Positions 24,029 through 34,260 of a stretch of 64,000 nt of DNA are shown piece after piece (position 1 is the stretch's first letter; each line of letters starts with the position of its first letter). The translations under genes and the position numbers were made by a program. Source of the DNA: a virus (Duplodnaviria > Caudoviricetes); the IMG/VR virus record IMGVR_UViG_3300013936_000019, positions 1-64,000 of that record; one strand, written 5' to 3'. A model generated the notes under the pieces. The model worked only from the letters and a program-made list of their open reading frames with translations, did no database searches and was not told the DNA's origin.

Positions 24029-24797
24029 CGTCCTCCTCTATCTTAACAATAATTTTAACTACTTTCTTCTTTGGTTTGTTGCTTTTGAAATCAAGTTGTG
24101 CAAGAAGTTTATTGTCATTAACACTTATCTTTTCATAATAAGCATTGATAAGTTTTTCAATTTCTGTATATATTGTTTCAATGTGATTCTCAATAAAGTC
24201 AAACGCAAGATTATAATTTTTAAGGCGTTTGTATTCATTAATCAAATATTCTCTATAATTCTCATTTGCCCACCATTCTGGAATAGACTTATTAGAAAAA
24301 TCAAACACATTTACTCTATGTTTTCTTCTATAACTATCAGGCTCTACAACAAGTTTACTTCCACAAACTTGGTCATAACTGAACCAGCAAGAACCTTCAT
24401 TAGTTTCAACTTTAAGAATTCCAGCTTTTGTTGCATTCAATGCCTTGGTTACAATTAGCATAATTTTATTAGGAAATAATTCCTTAATAGTTCTACTTCT
24501 TTCCATAGTATAAGTCTGATATTTTCTTAATTCTTCTACCTTCATTTCAAAAGCTATCTGTATATCTTTCTTATAGGTATCAACCTTATCAATCATTTCT
24601 AAAAGTCTGTCTAATGAAGTTCCAATTCTTCTAATTCCGCATTCTTCAAGAATATCATTCAAAGCATCTACAGACATTTCTAAATCAATTCCAATCTCCT
24701 CTACAAAATCCTTAACTGTTTCTCCGGCAAAGCTTGCTCCGCCAAATTCTGTTCTATCATCTTTCAACTGCACATTCAATACGTCTTTAACCTTCAT
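24006..24797 (-). CDS. hypothetical protein
   Basis: Start moved to ATG 24797 behind GGAGG. Confidence 0.7.
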   Translation of the reverse strand: MKVKDVLNVQLKDDRTEFGGASFAGETVKDFVEEIGIDLEMSVDALNDILEECGIRRIGTSLDRLLEMIDKVDTYKKDIQIAFEMKVEELRKYQTYTMERSRTIKELFPNKIMLIVTKALNATKAGILKVETNEGSCWFSYDQVCGSKLVVEPDSYRRKHRVNVFDFSNKSIPEWWANENYREYLINEYKRLKNYNLAFDFIENHIETIYTEIEKLINAYYEKISVNDNKLLAQLDFKSNKPKKKVVKIIVKIEEDDDYECYK

Positions 24798-24831
24798 ATT
24801 ATTTTTATCCTCCTTTATAATTTTAAACAGT

Positions 24832-25542
24832 TTAATGTGCATAAACGGCGATTCTGTCGCCATTCTTAGCCTTTAAGCATCTCTTACATCTACTGCAAAC
24901 CATGCCAGTCTCATGTCCTTTAGTATCAACAGCAGGACAGTGAGGAAGTTTTGCAACGTCCTCTTCTGTTCCATCGTCATAAATAAATTCCGGTAAGTGA
25001 TATGGGTTGTCATAGTTCTTGTGCCAAATTGACATGTTTACTACAAGATTACTCGGAAACTCATGGTTGTCCATCAAATATTTTTCTACCCATGTAAATC
25101 TCTTTGTATAGGTATAAAACTTTACATCCGGATTATTCTTTGCAAGTCTTACCATATGAAGTAAGTAATTGTAAGATGGTAGTTCACCCATAGAATGAAA
25201 TCTCATAGCTCCTACAATATTTCTATCAATGAATTTCTGAATTTCGTCAAAGAACACATCAATTTCCTGTGTTGCTAAGATTGTATTGTCATTCCACGAT
25301 TTCATGTTGCTGTTTCTAAACAACTGCGCTCTAATAGCATAGCAATCATGTTTGCATCCATCACAACATCCCTTGCAAGTTCCTGCAATGTTTGTCAACT
25401 GTTGCCCATTCTTCAATGTTAACGGTTCGTCTCCTGCTAACAAATTAACTGTGTAAATTCCTTTACCTAGCTTTCTGTTTCCGTCCTGAATGTGAACATG
25501 AGTATTCTCACTCAGGTAGCTCTCGAATTTGATCTTTTTCAT
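24832..25542 (-). CDS. phage Gp88-like protein (Cys-rich, radical-SAM-related fold)
   Basis: GNRKLG, TCKGCCDGCKHDCYA, RFHSMGE, FYTYTK, PSNLVVNMS and CSRCKRC...AH. Confidence 0.7.
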   Translation of the reverse strand: MKKIKFESYLSENTHVHIQDGNRKLGKGIYTVNLLAGDEPLTLKNGQQLTNIAGTCKGCCDGCKHDCYAIRAQLFRNSNMKSWNDNTILATQEIDVFFDEIQKFIDRNIVGAMRFHSMGELPSYNYLLHMVRLAKNNPDVKFYTYTKRFTWVEKYLMDNHEFPSNLVVNMSIWHKNYDNPYHLPEFIYDDGTEEDVAKLPHCPAVDTKGHETGMVCSRCKRCLKAKNGDRIAVYAH

Positions 25543-25555
25543 TTTCTCACTCTCC

Positions 25556-28500
25556 TTATCTCATTTCCTTCAAGCTATTAATAATGTCATCAACGTTCTC
25601 AATTTCATCTCTATACTCTTCAAGATATTCTTTCACAACATTAACGTCTTTCACGTATATTTTATATCTTGTATCAATATCTTCAAAAACATCAAATATA
25701 GAACCCATAATCCCCCAGTTCTGAACGGATAAGTTGTCCCTGTCGAGAACATACAGTTCGTCATATTCTCCAGTTAAAACATATTGTTCATACCCTTTTT
25801 TGTCTGTATAAACCATTACAATTTCTAGCATATTGTTTCCTCCTTTATATACACATGCCATCCTTGCCATACACCTTAATGCATCTAACGAACCATTCAA
25901 CACTTTCGTTGAAATCATCGTTGTTATCAGAAATATACTCATAATCTTCCTTAGATGGACAATCCGGAACTCCCAACTGAATCCAGTCGTAGTACGCATT
26001 TTCATTATTCATATGAAGCATAATGTTGTGCATCTGTTTCAGAATCTCAATTCTTTCTTTTTTGTTTTGTTCTGTCATAATTTTTTCCTCAACAATCTTC
26101 AGGCACAATGCCGTAATCATCAGACAACTCCTTTAACATCTTATGTCCATCCATATAAGTAGTCTTTATCCAAGACGCTTCACCTTGGAATATCATGAAA
26201 TTTTTCTTGTCCACATACTCAAATCCGTCAAAATCTGAAGCAATGAAGTTAATCATATCTCCATGCATGTTCTTTAAATCCTTTAGAAACTTAACTTTCT
26301 CACTGTCATAATTGATAATAGTGATAGTTTCGTGGAATTCGTCATAATAGACATCAACACTTTCCATGTCATGTTTCCAATAACTACAAATAAGAATTAA
26401 ACCTTCCATTAGATTTCAACCTCTCTTCTAACGGCATTTACAAAGCCGTTCAATGTTCTGTCGCTTCTTCTAAAGCAGTCCACCAAATCATTTGTTGTGA
26501 GATATTTTGGCAGAGCATAATACTCCGCCGGATAAATCACTGCAATGTACTTCATCATTCCTCTTGATTCAATCCAATCATTCTCAGAATCAGCATAGAA
26601 CATATTTATATATGTCCTATAACTGTCTAACCCTGTTTCACAATAGTTGAAACCGTAATTCCAGCCACGCTCCTTGAACTGTTTATTCAGCTCCTTAACT
26701 AAAACTTTACTAACTTGTGCTTTCATCTTTATCACTCATCCTTTCTTAGAACCACTCATTCTCAAGTGCGTCTTTATAGTACTGCTTTCTTGCCTTTGCA
26801 TAATAAACTAACTGTTTTTCGTCCAGTTCTGAAAGCTTCTCTTTCCCAAAGCATTGTAAAACGTCCCAATCTCCGTCATAATTGATTCCATATTCATGGT
26901 TACACATTTCATAGTAATAAGCCCCAACTGCAAATTCTTCATCTTGCATAAGTTTGTCCAGCTCCTCGTCTGAGTTGTCGTTAAACCAAGCTCTAATTTT
27001 TGGCGCATCTGTTCTTAAATAGAACCCGCCTGCTCCCAAATTATAAATCTTATCTGTGTCGTTCTCAGTGAGTCCCCATTCATTCATTATTTCTTTAAAT
27101 TGTTCGTTGCTAAAAGCGTACTTAACAGGGAGAGCATTATACGCTTCCTGTCTTTGTTTCACAAATTCTTGATAATTCATATTATTCCTCCTCTATAATT
27201 TTAAACAGTTTCTATGATTCTTTTTGCAAGTGTAATAAACTCCTTGTTAGACTTGCAACTAAATTGTTCTTTAATGTTTTGTTTCCAAGTTGGACGGCAA
27301 TATGTCCTAGAAACATCCTTGATCCATTTCTCATATGCTCCGTCCTTGTACTTCAAATCATTGATATAGTCCATACAAGCGTTGTAATAAGCTTCCGTGC
27401 TACAAGCTCCCGCATTATCATAACTAAAACATCTCTTATAGAGAAGATTGTAAAAATCACCCTCTCCATAATGTGCGTTATAAACTTGATTGTAAATTGT
27501 TATAGGCACATTCGCTTTGATGTACCTTTCTGTTGATACTGCCATTTTATTATTCCTCCTAAATTATGAACAAGATTTTTCCTGTTCTTATATTTGATAC
27601 GGCAAGCCATCTAGACTCCTTATAAAAGCCTAGACAACCTATTACCCGTCCTCGCACCTTCTTCATAGTATTATCATTTACAAATATGAAATAGTTCTTC
27701 ACGCTATCACCTCTATAAACAGTATACTATAAAATTGGTGCTTTATGCTACCTACTTAATGCTTCGTACTGCTTCCATGATTCTGTTCTGTCATGCAATG
27801 GTAGAATTTCAAAACCACCGCACAACTCACAGAACCTACTATCACAACTTCCTATATATGAACCTCCAGCCATATATCCTAGATGTCCTTCAGGAATTTC
27901 TTCCACCGGTTCGAAAATATAATGTTTTTCGCCCCATAACATTCTCGGAACAAAGACAACGGCGTTGTCCTCTGCTTCCTTGATGTCCTCTATAACTTCG
28001 CCGTCCTCTAAGAAATAGCAGACAACATCATCATAGCGGTCGCTGATTCCGTTGTTAGAGCATCCTTTAAATGCGGATGCCTTGAAAATATATGCATTCA
28101 GTTTCTTCATGATTTCCTCCTATTTTTCAAACTCTGTTTCCTTGCCGTCCTCATAGATAACGGAATGTTCTTTGCGATTGAAGATTTCAAGTGCAGACGC
28201 CATGTCCCACGTGTATTCTTCCACATCGCAACCGTCCTCATCACGGTACTTGACACAGTAACGGCGCTTGTTGTCGCAGTTATAGAAACGCTCCGCAATG
28301 TCCTCTAATGTGTCCAAGAACCATTGTTCGGTAGCTTCTTCTACATAGAAGAAATTTACGGATGGACGACATCCAACCTGTTTACGTTTACCGTTTTCCA
28401 TAGCATAAGCATAGCGAGCGTTTGTAAACACTTCATAGGCTCTATAACAGTCGTCCCCTTTAGTAACTTCGTTGCCAAAGCTCCAGTAGGACTTTACAGG

Positions 28501-29116
28501 CTTTTCAATAAATCCATGCTTCGCCCACAAATTGCCAAGAAAGTGTTTCCCCTCTCCTGTGCATTTTGTAAATTCAACAACGAGGTTTTCCCCGTTGGCA
28601 TTTGGCTCTGTAAATGTAATGAGTCCAGAATGATCCGTCCTCATGTCGATTTTATATTCTCTCATTTTTTATATTCTCCTTTCATAAACTTTTCGACAGC
28701 TTCCTCATCTGAGTCAGCATAAAGACGGCACACATAGTTGCCGTCATTCAGCACGAGGTACACACCGTCCCCGTAAAATGTTGCCTTCTCAAGGCTGTAA
28801 AAACATTTTCTAGCGAGTTTCATACATATCACTCTCCTCTCTTGTCATAAACCACGGGTCGCTATCCAGTAACCCGTAAAGCTCCTCAGCTGTTACATCG
28901 AGGAGCGCTTCTAGTCTTTCCCAAGTCATGTTATCACCTCCTATGCCCATACTTGAGCAGAATGCGGACTATGACTGCATCAATCGCAATCAGTCCGCAC
29001 ATGATTGCGAGCGTTTCAGCGTCAGTGTCTCCCTTGACGCCGGTTACCATCATGGCAACTAAGAACGCCATAATGCATAAGCCCTTCTCTATTGAAGGGC
29101 GCAGATGGCGTCTCAT
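25556..29116 (-). other. cluster of early hypothetical genes (25556-25831, 25845-26078, 26089-26409, 26409-26735, 26746-27180, 27201-27545, 27748-28110, 28120-28665, small ORFs to 29116)
   Basis: Packed same-strand ORFs with strong RBSs. Confidence 0.65.
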
Positions 29117-29415
29117 TTTTTCACCTCTTGAAGCTGAGACAGACCCGTCCCAAGCTTTTCGGCGTTGACAACATACACCTCATGAGTGCATGTGTCTTCC
29201 ATTGTATAGACTACAATGGTTTCTCCGACGGTAAACCCGTCACCGTCGAACGTGTACAGAGAACCGGACTTCTCAATAGTCACGGCGTCCCCGTTCACTG
29301 CATACACCGGTGCAGTGAAGCTATCAAACTGTGCAGACGGCTTGCATGCGTCCTCTGCTTTTACGACGCAACCAGTCGCAATGATGGCAACGGTCGCCAA
29401 AAATTCTTTTTTCAT
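29113..29415 (-). CDS. putative lipoprotein or secreted protein
   Basis: ATG 29415 behind GGAG; MKKEFLATVAIIATGC lipobox-like signal. Confidence 0.5.
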   Translation of the reverse strand: MKKEFLATVAIIATGCVVKAEDACKPSAQFDSFTAPVYAVNGDAVTIEKSGSLYTFDGDGFTVGETIVVYTMEDTCTHEVYVVNAEKLGTGLSQLQEVKK

Positions 29416-29534
29416 GCTTCCTTCTCCTTTCTCTGGCGTGCACGGATTCTTGCCTTTGCACGCTCCATTTCTTCTTCCTGCTGTCGCAGGAATGACTTGA
29501 GGTCTTCCAGAGAACGGGCTTTCTGCCCATTCAA

Positions 29535-29589
29535 TCTGCACTCTGCCTTTTACATACGGACTTGTGACCGTCAATGGTGGCATTACAGA
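29535..29589 (-). ncRNA. twister self-cleaving ribozyme (type P1)
   Basis: UCUG-UAA-UGCC-AC-CAUUG-ACG-GUCACAAGUC-CGU-AUGUAAAA-GGCA-GAGUG-CAGA. P1, P2 and P4 stems, conserved UAA and GAG, and pseudoknots CAC/GUG and AC/GU are all satisfied. Confidence 0.85.
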
Positions 29590-29610
29590 AAGACGGCTTA
29601 CGCCGTCCTC
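29588..29610 (-). terminator. terminator-like hairpin after the first early gene
   Basis: GGACGGC-GTAA-GCCGTCT with a short U tract, abutting the ribozyme. Confidence 0.5.
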
Positions 29611-29614
29611 AATC

Positions 29615-30511
29615 TTAGCAGAAGTATTCGACGAACAGTCCTGCTTTCTTGGCGTTATTGTACGCCTTTACATAGTCCGCCTTTTTAGCGCCGGACTTAG
29701 GCATTTCAGCCCCGACAGTCTCAAGGACTGCCTTGTATTCCGCCTTAGTGGCTGTAACAGAGTCAAGACGACGGACAGTCTTGAAGTCGTCGAACTCTTC
29801 AATCATGATAACTTCAACGCCCTTCAGCTCGGATTCTACAATCTTCCCGCTGATGATGGACTTGTCAACGGCAAGCTGAAGCAGAAGGGCAAGCACTAAG
29901 TCAGCAAACTGTCCCACGACCATATTGTCGACAAGGCACTTGTGCCAGTCCCTTGTCTTGGCAAGACGGCTTCCGACATTGTCGGAAAGATACTTCACGA
30001 CACTGTCATCACAAGTCATGCCGTAACTTGTGAAGTAGTCGGCAAGGGCGGACTTCCAGCCGTCTTCATTGACTTGACGGTTGACATAAGCCCCATAAAG
30101 ACGGCTTGCAATGTCGTCAAGGGTAGGCTGAACCGCCATTTTTTCAGCCTTATTCCAAGCGTGCAAACACGCCTGTGCCTTTGCACGGTCTGCCTTGCAA
30201 AGGGCATAACGTGCCTTCTCAGACTCGGAAAGTTCTTCCTTGCCCTCCAATTCTGCCATTTCGGCGCTCAAGTACGCAATGTTATTGCGGTACTTAGAGT
30301 CCACGTCATAGACGTGCGCCTTGAAGGCATAACAGGCACTCATGTCTTCCACGAATGCCTTGGAAGCTACAAGCTTCACTTTCTTTGGGGCATACTGAAT
30401 GCCCTTGACATATTGAACCTTATTCTTAAGGTTCTCTCTTTCGACTCTAATAGCAGAGTCAATTACAGCGCCCATTTCCGGCGCTTTTACAACGGATTCA
30501 TTTTTTTTCAT
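29615..30511 (-). CDS. first gene of the leftward early operon, hypothetical
   Basis: 298 aa, AAGGAG RBS, visibly GC-richer codons than the rest of the genome. Confidence 0.8.
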   Translation of the reverse strand: MKKNESVVKAPEMGAVIDSAIRVERENLKNKVQYVKGIQYAPKKVKLVASKAFVEDMSACYAFKAHVYDVDSKYRNNIAYLSAEMAELEGKEELSESEKARYALCKADRAKAQACLHAWNKAEKMAVQPTLDDIASRLYGAYVNRQVNEDGWKSALADYFTSYGMTCDDSVVKYLSDNVGSRLAKTRDWHKCLVDNMVVGQFADLVLALLLQLAVDKSIISGKIVESELKGVEVIMIEEFDDFKTVRRLDSVTATKAEYKAVLETVGAEMPKSGAKKADYVKAYNNAKKAGLFVEYFC

Positions 30512-30519
30512 AATATCAT

Positions 30520-31030
30520 TCTCCTTTTACGGGCGTTACGCCCTTATTTTTTAGTGTTCTTTCACACCGTTAACCGTTCAAATTGTTTCACGTGAAACAA
30601 TAATTTTAAACAGTTAACGCTATAAAAGCGTGACACTTTATGCACTTGGCGGGCGACTATAACAGGACTTCCACCTGCCTAGTTTTCCCGCTTGCATGGC
30701 TATGCCGTGCTGGTTCTGCCTGTCACTCAGAACTATACCATTTTAAGCCGTGATATATCGCTGTTCTGTTACCGCATCTATTACGATCCTGTGTACGTGC
30801 TTTTCAAGGGGGCACGATTGTACGGGCGGTTTTATCCCTTATTTTTAGGGCGTCAATGAACTCATAGCCCTAACTTTTTTAACGGTAGTCAAGCCGTGAC
30901 ACGTGTTACGTGTCAATTTTTTCACTAATATATGCTTTCAAAGAACAACCAGCGATACTGTCAGTAATAAACATTAAATATCGAAAGAACTGCGCTCCGG
31001 TGTTACCCTTTGGGCTGTTCACTTGGTACA
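30520..31030 (-). ncRNA. long structured 5' leader of the early operon with a boxA-like element
   Basis: No ORF; many GC-rich hairpins; TGTTCTTTGAAA at 30947-30936. Confidence 0.45.
30584..30599. promoter_or_regulatory. parS: parS site (Spo0J/ParB consensus)
   Basis: TGTTTCACGTGAAACA, an exact match to the chromosomal parS consensus, inside a 20-bp perfect palindrome (30582-30601) in intergenic DNA. Confidence 0.85.
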
Positions 31031-31035
31031 CTTAT

Positions 31036-31063
31036 ACTTTAACATATGTATAAATTTTGTCAA
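31036..31063 (-). promoter_or_regulatory. sigma-A promoter of the leftward early operon
   Basis: TTGACA-16 bp-TAAAGT with TG extended -10. Confidence 0.55.
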
Positions 31064-31329
31064 AAAAATAGTTATTTTTTGGACACTTTTGAACGATAGG
31101 GGGGTAGAAAAAACCGCATAAACAAGCCATTTTTCACGTTTTTACTAAGGCTACTTCATCCACACACTGACCAAAAAATCGTATCGACTAACTCATCGTT
31201 GCGTTACGTCACCTGAGCAAAAAACGAACAATCTGGTCACATAAAATCTGGTCATATAACCAGATCAACTTCCTCTTTAAAATCCAGACGAGACATGATA
31301 TAATGACATCACAAAAAAAGGAGGTTTAC

Positions 31330-33431
31330 ATGAAACTAAATTCACACGGTACCAACGCAACAATTCAGGCTCATATCCTGCCGGAGAATGAAATGCGTCT
31401 CCTAGGCTTTACGGATCACGTTCCAGATAAATGGTATTACTGCAAATGTCTGCCAGATGAAACAACATTCAATGTAACAATTCCAAAGGACGGCTCAGAC
31501 ATAAGTATAGAAGTTATAGACGACGACTTTTGTCAACCTTATGACTATCAGACTATTCTAAGAGACAGTCCCCGCGACGAGTTTGCACTTAAAATAAAAG
31601 AACTAGTTGAGCAAGAGATGAAACGATTTCAAAAGGCAGGAGTACTATCTGGGCATAATTATGGAGACTATATTTAAAAGGAGATAAAACAGATGATTGA
31701 TACAGAAACAACAGTTAAAGAATTAGTATTTAAAAATGGTAAATGTTATGGGATTCTAGAAAACAATGGGAAAGAGATGGGCTTTATGCTCAACGGAGAA
31801 ATTTTTACACATATAAAAATAAACAATGAAGAATATAATTATTATCTTAATAGCCATCTGTGGAAGACACTTGCACAAAATAAAAGTGCAAACATTTCAC
31901 TAACAACACATGGCGACAAAAATGGTGTATTGTTTACAGTATACAATTTAAGTGAATGCTTTATGGAAGAAATGAAAAATAAAAATAATAATTAAAATTA
32001 GGAGCACAAAGAAAGGATACATATATGACAATCGAAAATGCAAAAATCAAATCAGTTAACCTATCTATGAAAGACCATGGATGTTTAACATTAGAAATGT
32101 GGTTACAAGGTAATGGATGGGATATTGTTTATGGAGGCTATGCAATAGGTAATGGATACCTTGGGGCAAAAAATTTCAATGGCAATGAAAAGAGTGCTGA
32201 ATATATTATGAGAATCATGGACACTGTTGGTGCTGAAAAATTCAATGATATGACAGGCAAGTATATTAGAGTTGAAACAAATGGATGGGGAGAGCCTATT
32301 GATAAAATTGGGAACATTGTAGAAGACAAATGGTTCAGTCAAAAAGAATTCTTTAAGGACAATGAAGCGAAGACCCGATGATGACGGGTCAAGCATGGGG
32401 TTAGACAATCCAGAAAAGGAGAATGTATGGACTTTAAAAACAGAAACTACTATCTAATTGGGCACTATGGAATGGATCAAGACGCTCCAAAAAGAATAAA
32501 AGAAACATTCAAATGTAAGATACGTTACAATCATTATGTATGTTGTGATAAATACTACACATGCTGCGTCTGCATTGACCAGAAATTGTCAAATGATTTA
32601 GAACAATATTTGCAGGAAAATAAAATATCATATGATAGAGTATATAGCAATGCAGATAAAACGGATATTAGTTGCAAAATATGGTTTGATTATAAAACAA
32701 AATTAAAAATAGAGGCACAACTGGAAAGAGCAAAATTTCTATTTGACTTAAAAGGTAAAAAGGAGAAAGAATATGAACAATAAATTAAACGAACTATTAG
32801 ATAAAATCGAATCTGGCGTCAAGCTAACAGAAAACGAAATTTCAAGTCTTGTATGGGAGCAGCCACATGTAGATGAAATTTATGGTGAAAATCACCGTTG
32901 GCAAAGAGAAGTGAAAACGATCATAGAAATTGGAGTCGTTTATGTTGCTATTGATTGGTTTGAGGGATTAACAGAGCTTAATGAAGACAATTATCCAAAT
33001 CAACCATATATTGTGGAGCCAAAGACATACACAAAAACAGTTGTAGTTACAGATTGGGTATCACAACCAATAGCCGGGGCTAGAAAGAACTGAGAGGAAT
33101 ACATATGGCTATATTAGAAGAAGGCATTGAAAAAATTAACATAAAAAACTTTCGGTTGGAAGGAACTGACTATTTGTTTAATTTAGAATGTATAATCAAC
33201 AACGGGATGGATAGGTATAAAATCACGTTCTATTCGCTCCATTTTTGTAGCATTGATGATAAAATAAGCATAGAAAAAAAGATCGAAACTGTAACTAATG
33301 CAACAGATGAAAAGCCAATTGTAAATTTTATAAAAAATATTTTAATACATATTGGGCGAAACAAATTTACAGTGGGCGCTATAAATACAGCTGCAGGAAA
33401 ACAATACTATGAAATAGAAAGAGCTAATTAA
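31330..33431 (+). other. six rightward hypothetical genes (31330-31677, 31693-31995, 32025-32381, 32427-32783, 32773-33093, 33105-33431)
   Basis: ORFs with RBSs, ending at a terminator-like hairpin at 33431-33457. Confidence 0.7.
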
Positions 33432-33459
33432 AGGGTTCAAGGCGAATCCTTTTTTTGTT

Positions 33460-34200
33460 TAGTGTCACTAAACATACATTTTCTTTTATGTTAAAGCTAA
33501 GCGACAGCCCCAATGACATGGGGCTTTAGTCGCAAGGGTTAGACAGTCCAGATATAAATGTGGCGAAAACTGATCTAAGATTTGGCCACATTTTTTGTCT
33601 GAGAAAGTTATACACTAGCACAAAAAGTTATACACTAAATCTATACACTAATTATACACTAAGCGTACATGCACAAAACAGCGTCGGAGCAAAGACTGAC
33701 ACTTAATTGTCAAAAGTGGACATTAGATAGAAAAATGGACATTTAAATTCTACTTCTAAAGATAAAAGTGTACGTTCAATTTGTTTTGGATAGCAAAAAC
33801 AGATTTGTCTGTGATGTGTAAGGTTGAAGCAAGACTCTGCTCTAATGCAAGACGAGACAAAAAACAAATTAAGAATAGATCATGAGTGAGCTTGCGAACG
33901 AATGATCTATTCTAGGGAGGAATGGGAACCGTAGGTTCACACGATCGAGACACAACAGAACGTCGCTGCACAAAAAAGGACGGTTAAGGGAGGGGCGGAA
34001 CCGTAGGTTCCGAGGAACAAGGAGCAAGCGTTAGCGTAGCTCCGCCAGTCTTGGCACAAGACGACTAAGATACGAAGTATCTTTATCTATTATCTATGAT
34101 ATCTATTATCTATAATAAATGTCTTATAGTTTTAGTTTTTATCACTTGTGTTTTATTTTAAATTAAAACAAGTAAATAATTATATTATTTTAATCTTGAC
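33460..34200. other. putative replication origin region
   Basis: About 750 bp non-coding with iterons, multiple hairpins, TATCTATTATCTAT x2 (34084, 34100) and an AT-rich tract. Confidence 0.5.
33604..33661 (+). repeat. iteron-like direct repeats TATACACTA x4
   Basis: Copies at 33609, 33629, 33642 and 33653; the first two extend to AAAGTTATACACTA. Confidence 0.85.
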
Positions 34201-34260
34201 TTTATAAAACTATAGAGTAAGATATAGGTGTATTCAATATTGAATAGAAAGAGGTGGATC

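Noticed and set aside
29092-30595. Long plus-strand ORFs (29092 region, 29216-29500, 29564-29899, 29942-30595) and other antisense ORFs in the track
   Set aside because: They are shadows of real genes on the opposite strand or frame, favoured by higher GC, and lack RBS support.
30662-30678. tRNA gene suggested by a T-arm-like hairpin
   Set aside because: No D arm, anticodon arm or acceptor stem can be built around it. No tRNA was recognised anywhere in the window.
30897-30915. Second parS site at TGACACGTGTTACGTGTCA
   Set aside because: It shares only the CACGTG core. The flanks do not match parS, and it is better read as a leader hairpin.
33604-34113. CRISPR array
   Set aside because: Repeats are only 9-14 bp with irregular short spacing, there are no spacer-length unique segments, and no cas genes are present.
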